Source: an uncultured Actinomycetes bacterium (GTDB lineage Bacteria > Actinomycetota > Thermoleophilia > RBG-16-64-13). From it: a DNA stretch of 64,000 bases. The position numbers were made by a program, and so were the translations under genes. Each line of letters starts with the position of its first letter. The stretch's first letter is position 1. The stretch spans positions 1,568,001 to 1,632,000 of the forward strand of contig CAWJDT010000001.1 of assembly GCA_963841735.1 (NCBI GenBank). Reading direction: 5' to 3'. Below are positions 31,619-39,977 of this stretch, piece after piece. Under the pieces are notes generated by a model. The model was not told the DNA's origin, ran no database searches, and saw nothing but the letters and a program-made list of their open reading frames with translations.

Positions 31619-32092
31619 TCACTTTGTCGCCATAGCGAAGGAGACCGAGACTTCCTCGCCCTGCGCAGTAGTAACTGCGACGAGGGCCTCCCACTCACCG
31701 GCCATGGTGAAAACCACCTGCGTGGCGTATTGCCCCGGCGCCTGCTCGACTGCCTTCGGCTGGTTGCGGGGCATGGGCATCGCGGGCATGGTCATGTCCA
31801 GCTGGACCTGTGCCGCGGTGACCGGCTCGCCATCCTCGTCGGTGACTGTGATTAGAAACTGGGCCTGGCTACGCGGCCCGGGAGGGTACGGAGTGACCAG
31901 AGCTGTGACGGTGAGGCCGCTTTTCGTCTCGGGGCCGAACATCCGGGAAGCGCCCGTGGGGTCGTCTTGGGCGCCGCATCCCAGGGCTCCGCCGAGGGCG
32001 AGAGTCAGGAGCGCGATAGCGAGGAGGAGGAGCGGGACATTCAGCGCCCTCCGGCACTTGATCGTAGGGCCGGTCGGGGAGCGAGGAGGCAA
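31619..32092 (-). CDS. YtkA/FixH-like lipoprotein
   Basis: MTMPAM, GQY, MAGEW. Confidence 0.8.
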   Translation of the reverse strand: MPPRSPTGPTIKCRRALNVPLLLLAIALLTLALGGALGCGAQDDPTGASRMFGPETKSGLTVTALVTPYPPGPRSQAQFLITVTDEDGEPVTAAQVQLDMTMPAMPMPRNQPKAVEQAPGQYATQVVFTMAGEWEALVAVTTAQGEEVSVSFAMATK

Positions 32093-32093
32093 T

Positions 32094-32411
32094 TCAGTCT
32101 ACCTCTTGGAACGTGCGCATCTCCAGCATCTCGGGGCTGAGGTGCGAGTACTCTCGCAAGATCTTCTCTTCGGCCAGCGCGGACTTGCGGTGAGTCTCCA
32201 AATCCTCCCAGTGGTCCCAGACACTCTCCACCACCACCCGAGTCCGATCGGGTAGATCCAGCGAGAATATGGCCCGCGCAGTGGTGAAGCCCGGTTCGTC
32301 CGGTAGGACGGCGCGCAGGTACCCGAGCACCCGCTCCAGAGAAGACCCGGTCTCGAGCTCGTGCTGCCGCTCGGGGGAGATGTCGAAGCTCACCTGGTAG
32401 ACATAGGCCAT
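32094..32411 (-). CDS. ABM-like hypothetical protein
   Basis: Good SD; VVVESVWD; located in the operon. Confidence 0.65.
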   Translation of the reverse strand: MAYVYQVSFDISPERQHELETGSSLERVLGYLRAVLPDEPGFTTARAIFSLDLPDRTRVVVESVWDHWEDLETHRKSALAEEKILREYSHLSPEMLEMRTFQEVD

Positions 32412-32442
32412 GTAGTCATCCCTCCTCGCCCGTGGCTGTCGG

Positions 32443-32748
32443 TCACGAGTTCCAGTGCAGCACCAGATACACCACCCAGGCGATCAGCACAGCGGGAACG
32501 GCGACGAAGACCACCCAAGGGAGCCCGCCCCCGGCCTCCTCGATCTCACCGTTGAAGCTGTCGATGTAGCCGTCGGGCCTCACGTCCTCGTGACGGCCGT
32601 CGTCTTCTTCTCCGCGGTGACCGCTGCTGCCGGGGAGGGTGCGCGAGCGCGTGGGGAGCGCAAAAGCGAAGGCGAAGACGAGGAGAACGATCACCCCGAT
32701 CACGAGGCCGATGATCTCAGGCCCCACGCGCAACGCGTTCTGAGTCAT
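32443..32748 (-). CDS. Small two-TM protein (resembles the CcoP N-terminus, IEE..GGLP)
   Basis: Two hydrophobic helices; overlaps the ccoS stop. Confidence 0.6.
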   Translation of the reverse strand: MTQNALRVGPEIIGLVIGVIVLLVFAFAFALPTRSRTLPGSSGHRGEEDDGRHEDVRPDGYIDSFNGEIEEAGGGLPWVVFVAVPAVLIAWVVYLVLHWNS

Positions 32749-32924
32749 GCCTCGCCTCCCTTCTTGCGCGGCCAGGGTTGCGGTTCGTTATCCTCGAGCA
32801 TCTTGTATTTGGCTTCCTCGACGTTGTGAAACTGACCCTTGCGCCAGCCCCACACGATGAAGGCTATACCCACAAGTGTCATAAAGATCATCCACCCGAC
32901 CAAGAGCCATAGTCCTAGAGGCAT
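32745..32924 (-). CDS. ccoS: cbb3 oxidase maturation protein CcoS
   Basis: FIVWGWRKGQFHNVEEAKYKML. Confidence 0.85.
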   Translation of the reverse strand: MPLGLWLLVGWMIFMTLVGIAFIVWGWRKGQFHNVEEAKYKMLEDNEPQPWPRKKGGEA

Positions 32925-34881
32925 CACGGACCTCCCGTGGTGGCGGGTGCAGCCGGGACTAGTTCCTGCGTGTACGTGACGACGTTCCAGATGTCCGCGT
33001 CGCTGAGGAAGCGGGCAAACGGAGGCATGACGCTGGCGGGCACCCCGTCCCACACCCGCCAGAACAGGTAGTTGAGGGATAGACCCGCCGGGAGCCGGGC
33101 CGGGCCTCCGCTGGGGCTGTTGACGCTCCCGGAGCCCTCGCCCTCACCGCCGGGGCCGTGGCAGGTGGCGCAGTAGATGGAGAAGACGTTGGCGCCTTGG
33201 GCCACAGAGATCTCGTGGCCTTCGCCGGTCCAGTTGTTGGGGCTGACCGTGGCGAAGTCGGCCGCCACCTCTCCGCTGCCCGCCATGCTCGCAGTGACGG
33301 GTGTGCCCAGGCGGTACGCCTCGATGAGGTACTTGATGGCATCCCAGCGCTGGTCGAGCGGGAGGAACTCGCCCCAGCTGGGCATGGACGTGCCCTTGAT
33401 GCCGAAGGTGACCCGAGCCAACGCTTTGCCTTCGTCACCTTCCCCAAGAGGCACTCTCGCGTCTTCCTGGAGGTCCGCCGGCCGCGGGGTCAGATACTCG
33501 CCGTTCCAGCCCTTGCCGTCACCGGCCAAGCCGTGGCACTGGGCGCAGTTCTGCAGGTAGACGGACCGCCCTCGGGTGAAGGACGCCGTTTCAGGTATCA
33601 CCTCAGTCTTGTACCTGTTGGGGAAGATGAAGTTCTCGCCATCGGGCAGCAACTCGGGGGCCGCCTCGGTCTGTGTGAACACAGTGCGAACGTAGTGCAC
33701 CACGGCCCAACGGTCTTCTTCCGAATACTGCGACTTCCATACCGGCATGGCGCTCCAGGGCAGCCCCTCGCTGATGCGCCAGTAGTAGTCGGCGTCGGTG
33801 AAGATGGGGCTGTCGATGGTGCCGTAGGCCCCGGGATCGTTGAAATCCGGTGGCCGGGGCTGCAGGCCTTCATAGTAGGGGCCGTCGCCTCGGCCGGCGT
33901 CGCCGTGACAAATCATGCATTCGCGGACGAAGATCTGCTTGCCCCGCTCGAGCGTGTCGAGGGTATTGGGGAGCGGGTTGGTGAGACTGGCGTATTCGGC
34001 GGGCGGGTCGCCCTCATCGGGGTCGTGCATGACCGGCCTGGAGAAGGTCTCGCTGGATGTAGCTGATGACCTTCCAGATCTGTTCCTCGGTGAGGCTGAG
34101 CTTCCAGGTGGGCATGACCGTGCCGGGAAGCCCCTCGGAGACATGCCAGAAGAACTGGTCGTCGGGCATAGAACGGAATGGCTCCTGCTTGTAGTCGGCA
34201 GGAGTGACCGACAGGGTGCCCCCGTAGGTGCCCAGGCCGTTGCCGGCGCAGCCGTGGCAGGTCTGGCAGAGTTCGATGTAGGTCTCTTTACCCTGCTGGA
34301 GGCCGGCTGCGACCCAGGTGGGCCACCCTTGCGGCTGGTCGCCACCCGGAAGACCGGTGGGCAGCGCATAAGGATTGGTCAGGCCGGCGTACTCCAGTGG
34401 CGGTGTGATCATGCGGCTCTGCGCCACGCGATCGCCGAGAGAGAAGAGATAGGCGGCGATGGCTCCGAGCTCCTCGTCGGAGAGGAAATCGAACTTGGGC
34501 ATGATCGAGTTGGGAGAGTAATCGCGCGGACTCTTGAGGTGGGCGATCTCCCAGGCCTCGCCGCGCTTACGTCCCACGTAGGAGAGGTCGGGACCGGTGC
34601 GCTCGGAGCCAAGGATCATGGGATTGTCAAAGACGTAGTCGCCCCCCTGCGACACCGCACCCATGGCTGTATCTTCGTCGCGTCACGTACTGCGTGTGGC
34701 AGTAGTTGCAGCCGTTGCCGTAGAACAGCTCTCTTCCGAGCGCTTCCGGGCCGCTGTAGTCCTGTGCCACAAGAGTCTGGGGGGGATTCCAGATGATGTT
34801 CGGCACGAAGACCACCACGGTGACCACGGCGAAGAAGACGATCAGCCCGCCGACGATGATCAGTCTGAAGCTCATTCTCAT
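32924..34881 (-). CDS. ccoO: CcoO fused to additional cytochrome c domains (apparent frameshifts near 34670 and 34050)
   Basis: GCNYCHTQ, GSERTGPDL and SIMP of CcoO, then CQTCH, CMICH, CAQCH and CATCH. Confidence 0.75.
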
Positions 34882-34890
34882 GGCGGTCCC

Positions 34891-36339
34891 CTAGTTCTCG
34901 GCCGCCGGCACGGATGGGGCGCTGAGGACGCCCTCCGGGGCGGGGGTCGTTTGGGGGGCCTGCGCGGGTTGTGTAACAGGCTGGGGGTGCTGCACCGGCA
35001 GGCGCTTGATGACGGTGGCGAACATGTTGTAGCCGAAGAGGAAGAAGCTGGTCACCAGAACCGCTCCGCCGGCCGCCCGCAGGGCCATGTATGAGCGCAG
35101 GCCGGGTAGCACGGTATAGACCGGCAGGCCTTCCTGTACCCAGGACGATCCCTGGACCACCCCTGTCAGGAGAAAGCCCAAGAAGAAGAAAAGGAAGCCG
35201 ACGACATACAGGCTGTATTGCACATTCGCCATGACGCGGCTGTAGATCTTGCAGTCGTAGATGCGGGGGATGACATAGTACATGCCGCCCATGATCACCG
35301 AGGCCGAGAAGAACAACAGAGCAAGATGGGCGTGTCCCGGGACGTACTGCGTGAAGTGGGTCATGAGGTTGACGCTGCGCAAGGCCTGGTGTGAGCCTTG
35401 GAATGACACGAGGATATAGGCGAGCCAGCCGGTGATCATGAAGCGCAGGGAGACGCTGCTGAAGACTCGGTTCCAGTTGCCCCGCATGGTGAGGAAGATG
35501 TTGGCCAGGAAGGCTGTGACGGGCAAGACCATGCCGATGCTGTCGGCGATGGCCACGGTCTTCAGCCAATGGGGGATGGGCGCCCACAGAAGGTGATGCG
35601 CTCCGACACCGGTGTAGAAGAAGATGATGCCCCAGAAGGCGATGAGCGAGAGGAAGTGGCTGTAGAGAGGGGTGCGTGTCTCACGGGGGACGATGTAGTA
35701 GACCACGGCCAAGAGCCCGGTGGTGAACCACAGACCAAGGACGTTGTGCCCGTAGAACCAGTTGAAGATGGTGTCGTTGATGCCGGTGAGCGCGCCGGTA
35801 GGCGGCGCCCACATGACGTTGCCGATGAAGTAGAGAAGAGGCATCCAGATGACGGTGCCGGTGATATACCACAGCGAGACGTACATCTTGCGTTCTACTC
35901 GGCGGTGGATGGTCATGAGCACATTGGCGCCGCCCAGCAGAAGCACGACAATGACCGCCCAATCCACCCACCAGACCATCTCGGCATATTCGCGGCTCTG
36001 GGTGTGAGCGGTGAGGATCCCGATAACTCCCGCCAGGACGGCCAGGTTCCAAAGGATCATGGTGATGTTGCCGAGCTTCTCGCTCCACAGCCGCCGGCCG
36101 GTCAGCCGGGGCACGATGTAGAGTATCAATCCCATCATCCCGCCGGAAAGCCAAGCGAACATGACGGTGTTCACGTGCGCCTGGCGCAGGCGGCTGAAAA
36201 CAAGCGGGCCAAAGCCGTGGATCCAATCGGGAAAGACGAACTCGAGAGCGAGGATCAGGCCCATCAACCCGCCTACGACAAGCCAGGCCGCCGCGGTGAG
36301 CATGAAGTTCTTGCCCGCGCTGTTCTGTTTGTTGAACAT
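34891..36339 (-). CDS. ccoN: cbb3-type cytochrome c oxidase subunit I
   Basis: RLRQAHVN, REYAE, WFYGHN, Y...GAHHL, GHAH. Confidence 0.92.
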   Translation of the reverse strand: MFNKQNSAGKNFMLTAAAWLVVGGLMGLILALEFVFPDWIHGFGPLVFSRLRQAHVNTVMFAWLSGGMMGLILYIVPRLTGRRLWSEKLGNITMILWNLAVLAGVIGILTAHTQSREYAEMVWWVDWAVIVVLLLGGANVLMTIHRRVERKMYVSLWYITGTVIWMPLLYFIGNVMWAPPTGALTGINDTIFNWFYGHNVLGLWFTTGLLAVVYYIVPRETRTPLYSHFLSLIAFWGIIFFYTGVGAHHLLWAPIPHWLKTVAIADSIGMVLPVTAFLANIFLTMRGNWNRVFSSVSLRFMITGWLAYILVSFQGSHQALRSVNLMTHFTQYVPGHAHLALLFFSASVIMGGMYYVIPRIYDCKIYSRVMANVQYSLYVVGFLFFFLGFLLTGVVQGSSWVQEGLPVYTVLPGLRSYMALRAAGGAVLVTSFFLFGYNMFATVIKRLPVQHPQPVTQPAQAPQTTPAPEGVLSAPSVPAAEN

Positions 36340-36383
36340 GTCCCACCCCTACGGCAAGCGGTGACAAGAATCCAGTCTCGCCC

Positions 36384-36413
36384 ATTCTGTGCCATTGACC
36401 CGGGGGGTGTCAA
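36384..36413 (-). promoter_or_regulatory. sigma70-type promoter of the cco operon
   Basis: Minus strand TTGACA-N18-CAGAAT. Confidence 0.5.
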
Positions 36414-36556
36414 CGGGGAAGCGGCGGGGTTCTTGCCGCCAGCACCTTCGCTCCGCTATAGTGGGCCCTTCGGGCGGGTGGCCGTAGACTATGACTGCGG
36501 CTCCGCAAATCAAAGCATCTGCAGGTTCGGCACCCGAACTGCAGGGAGGGAGCAGT

Positions 36557-36931
36557 ATGTCTTCATCAAAATTGTCTTCACGTGGGACTTCGCGTTCTGT
36601 CGCGTCTGTCCTCAAAGTAATGGGGATCGCGATCTTGGTGATCGGCCTGGTTCTCGTCTTCACCGGCTGCGGTGACAAGGCTGGGCTGGTGGGCAAATGG
36701 ACTAGCGCGGCTCAAGAGGAGAACATCGAGTTCACGACCGACGGGAAGATGATCGTCACCAACCTGGACGGATCCGAGCCGATGGAGCTCACCTACAAAG
36801 CCGAGGGTAGCAAGCTGACCGTGGGCATAATGGGAATGGAAAGCACGGTTGACTTCACTCTCAGTGGCGACAAGCTGACGGTCAACGACCCGGAAACGGG
36901 CGATCCTGTGGACTACACGCGCGTGAAATAG
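36557..36931 (+). CDS. Small lipoprotein (lipocalin-like/DUF5640-like)
   Basis: Lipobox FTGC; LVGKW, IEFTTDGK. Confidence 0.75.
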   Translation: MSSSKLSSRGTSRSVASVLKVMGIAILVIGLVLVFTGCGDKAGLVGKWTSAAQEENIEFTTDGKMIVTNLDGSEPMELTYKAEGSKLTVGIMGMESTVDFTLSGDKLTVNDPETGDPVDYTRVK

Positions 36932-37059
36932 GGCAGTAGCCCCGCCTCGGTCGACCGACCGAGACGGCCGGAGTGGGGTTGTCCGGCTCTGATACGAAGG
37001 GCTCATCGTTGTCGAGGTTTGTGCAGGCCTTCTGTGCAAATGTAGAAGACAGCGGTGAG

Positions 37060-37170
37060 TCCTTCGTAGTTCTCCACCTGATCCGACGTCTATGGGTGTG
37101 CGCCGGGGTCATATTGATGGCTCCCATAGTGTGCACATGGATTCCAGGCGCGGTGTTGCCATGGGACTAG
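37060..37170 (+). pseudogene. 3' remnant of a homolog of the membrane gene at 42368-42754
   Basis: LIRRLWVCAGVILMAPIVCTWI versus LARRRWVCAGVLLVVPIVCTWI. Confidence 0.8.
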
Positions 37171-37497
37171 AGGCTGGTTTCAGCCGCCTCACTGATACCA
37201 GGCGGCGGCCGCGAGGGCGACAAGTGAGGCGTGCCGACTAGTTCCGTGGCCCACCCAAAGGACACGGACTGTCGACGGGATCGCTGCGGAGTCTAGCGCC
37301 ACCGCGAAGGCAGCGAGGCCAAGAAGGGGAAGCGAAGGCGAGCCCCAAGGGGCGCGAAGCCCATCCGAAAGAAGCCCATCCCAAGGGGGGCCGGATCCGA
37401 GATACAAGACAGGCGCTGCTAGGTGTCGATCGCGCGGTGTCGCGACACGTACTCGTGCAGAAGAGCGTTTGCCGCGAGAGCGACACCTAGCAGCGCC
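37171..37497. repeat. 327-bp structured non-coding element, copy 1
   Basis: Appears identical to 42755-43081. Multiple stems, and a 17-bp inverted repeat GGCGCTGCTAGGTGTCG/CGACACCTAGCAGCGCC. Confidence 0.9.
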
Positions 37498-38259
37498 CTA
37501 CTCTACGAAGCCCTCTATAACGTAAGTCCCCCCAGCCTTCTTCTCCCGGTGCAGCGTGATGAGCAGACGCTTCTCAGCGTCCTGGAGCAGGCTGCTGAAG
37601 CTGCGGTAGCCGTAAGCTGACTCGTTGAACGAGGGACGCTTGCGCTGCATGGTGTCTTTGACCATGGAGGCGAAGATAGGGTCCTTGTTCTCGCGGATGA
37701 GAGCCGCGATGGACTCCAGCAGCAGGTCGAAGACTTCCCTCTTCTCCTCGGGGATGTTTTTGGCCTGCGGGCTCGGTGCGGGCGGCGCCGCCTGCTTCTC
37801 CAGATCCTCGTAGAAGATGAACTCGTCGCAGTTGTCGACGAGTAGGACGGAGGTCGACTCCCTCATGCCTATGCCGATGACGTGCTTGCCGTTCTCCTTG
37901 AGCTTCGACACCAGGGGCGAGAAGTCGGAATCCCCCGACACTATGACGAAGGTGTCGATGTGCTCCTTCGACCAGGCCAGGTCCATGGCGTCTACGGCCA
38001 GCCGGATATCGGCCGAGTTCTTGCCGGTCATCTGCCGCCGCGGGATCTCGATGAGCTCGATGGCGTTCTCGTGCAGCGGCCTGGTGTATTGCTTGTACTC
38101 GTTCCAATCGGCGTAGGCCTTCTTGACGATGACCTTGCCCTTCTCGACCAGGCGTTCGAGGATCTTGTGGATGTCGAACTCACCGCGCCGGTGCTTGAAG
38201 CCTATGGCGAGGTTCTCGAAGTCGATGAAGACGGCCAGGGTGCGTTCGTGCTCGGCCAT
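37498..38259 (-). CDS. NYN (LabA/DUF88) domain protein with a C-terminal OST-HTH, copy 1
   Basis: FIDFEN, GKNSADIRLAVD, VSGDSDF, YGYRSFS. Upstream homology to copy 2 stops inside the SD. Confidence 0.9.
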   Translation of the reverse strand: MAEHERTLAVFIDFENLAIGFKHRRGEFDIHKILERLVEKGKVIVKKAYADWNEYKQYTRPLHENAIELIEIPRRQMTGKNSADIRLAVDAMDLAWSKEHIDTFVIVSGDSDFSPLVSKLKENGKHVIGIGMRESTSVLLVDNCDEFIFYEDLEKQAAPPAPSPQAKNIPEEKREVFDLLLESIAALIRENKDPIFASMVKDTMQRKRPSFNESAYGYRSFSSLLQDAEKRLLITLHREKKAGGTYVIEGFVE

Positions 38260-38408
38260 ATGGTGTCGGTGCTCTGACGTCAAGCCAACCACGTCGGGAG
38301 ACTTCTGTGGCTCTTCCTGCTGAGCGGCGGCGGATGCCGAATGTGGTTTCCGCCTACGGCATGGGACCAGGTAAACACGGTTCCACGGGCTCCTTGGCAG
38401 TATTGCAG

Positions 38409-38437
38409 TTGACACCCTCAAGACGAGTGTCTACAGT
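38409..38437 (+). promoter_or_regulatory. sigma70-type promoter of cassette 3
   Basis: TTGACA-N17-TACAGT. Confidence 0.65.
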
Positions 38438-38608
38438 GTGCACTGAAGGACGTTCTGGTTGGCACTCGGGGCCTAGAGAACGCGGGGAGGGGAAGGGGGG
38501 AAGGCGCAGTGCTTTGCCATCCACACTGACCGTATGCCAATGCCGGGGCGTGTTGTCGATGCCAATGATCGTGGCGCAATCCGCAAGGTCGCTAGAGAGG
38601 GGTGGGGT

Positions 38609-39790
38609 ATGGGCGGTCCATTGGGTCCATTGATTTCGAGTTGGCGCATTCGGGTGATGGTGGCCGTTGCAGCAGTGTCTTTGGCTCTGGTGCTTGTCGT
38701 GCTGGGAAGCGTCGCAGGCGCGGCCGACATGGGTCCTATGGAAGGGGAGTTTCCGGTGGATCCCGCGGCGCAGAACGGAGTCGTCCACCTGCGGATCGTC
38801 ACGGATCAAATCGATACCAAGAGAAGTCTGTCAAGGGATCTTTGGCTTGAGACTTCGACTGGGGATTTTCTGGCGGTGGAGCGAGAGAACTCGGAAGTTG
38901 TGTCAGTCGCGGCGTGCGATGGCACCTCGGTGAAGAAGTACGATGTCTCCTCCCACCGGGCGGGCAACTTCACGCTCGCAAAGCTGATGTTCGTGGAGCC
39001 CGATGTGGTCACGTCACAACGCGGCTCGCTTGAGGCCTTGCGGGGCTGGGTCGCGGATATGGTCAGGCAGAGCGGCGAAGCCGGCGAGTCAGCGATTGTG
39101 CACGGTCGCGCGGCTCTTGCATATGCCGATATCGGCCAGGGCCAGTCGACGCCCCGCGCAACAGAGGTGTCTCAGCTGGATCTGGTGGTGGACGAAAGCA
39201 CCGGCTTGCCTCTCCAGGCGGTCGTCCACCGGCCAAACGGCGATGTGCTCAGTCGCACGGAGTACGACTATGAGGTTGCCGGTGCCCCGGAAGGGGGATT
39301 CACCGTGGTGTTCCCGGAAGGCTACTACGTTCAGACAGACCAGGATCTCGCTCCTCCTGGGGAAGACAATCTGACTGTGGGGGAGCTGGTCCGTACGGTG
39401 AAGCACCCCGTGTACTGGGCTGGCGACAGCTTCGAAGCCCGGTCGTTGACTGGCTGCAAGGTGGCCAAATCCGGGGTTGTGAATCTCAAGTACGGAGAGG
39501 ACGGGGATTACCCCAGCAAGTCGGGTGCGTCTCCCCTGATATCGGTCTATGAGTACGTTCCCTCAGAACTCGACCCGGAGGTCCTGTCGAGCATCGAAGG
39601 ACAGCTGACGAACCCGAGAAGGGTTGAGGGGAAACGCGGCACATACACCGTGTATGACGCTGCCCTGAACGGCATGCCTATGCTCGAGGTGGTTATTGGG
39701 GATGTTCATGTTGTGATCGCGGACGTTGAAGAAGGTGATGTCGGGGTCATGGTCCGTGCTGCGGACGCCCTGTTCGAAGCTGTGGATTGA
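38609..39790 (+). CDS. Secreted/anchored hypothetical protein (LolA-like fold?)
   Basis: Signal/TM helix; LVVDESTGLPLQ, HPVYWAG. Confidence 0.65.
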   Translation: MGGPLGPLISSWRIRVMVAVAAVSLALVLVVLGSVAGAADMGPMEGEFPVDPAAQNGVVHLRIVTDQIDTKRSLSRDLWLETSTGDFLAVERENSEVVSVAACDGTSVKKYDVSSHRAGNFTLAKLMFVEPDVVTSQRGSLEALRGWVADMVRQSGEAGESAIVHGRAALAYADIGQGQSTPRATEVSQLDLVVDESTGLPLQAVVHRPNGDVLSRTEYDYEVAGAPEGGFTVVFPEGYYVQTDQDLAPPGEDNLTVGELVRTVKHPVYWAGDSFEARSLTGCKVAKSGVVNLKYGEDGDYPSKSGASPLISVYEYVPSELDPEVLSSIEGQLTNPRRVEGKRGTYTVYDAALNGMPMLEVVIGDVHVVIADVEEGDVGVMVRAADALFEAVD

Positions 39791-39977
39791 AGACAGTGGT
39801 GACGCTCGCTCAGCATATGGGGCCGACAAGAGGGTTCCATACGTGGCAACAGCGCACACATGTTCGTGTCGTTTCGCGAAACCAGCGGTGGAGCGCTGAC
39901 GTGTCACACTGGTTTGAAGTGACAAGACATGAATCCGCCGACGGAGTCGCCAACAACAGCGTCAGAAAGGCAAGCCG

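Noticed and set aside
36395-36413. FNR box upstream of ccoN
   Set aside because: TTGAC-N9-GTCAA spacing does not fit TTGAT-N4-ATCAA; it is better explained as a -35 element.
37411-37497. Integron attC site
   Set aside because: A long inverted repeat, but no RYYYAAC/GTTRRRY cores and no intI.
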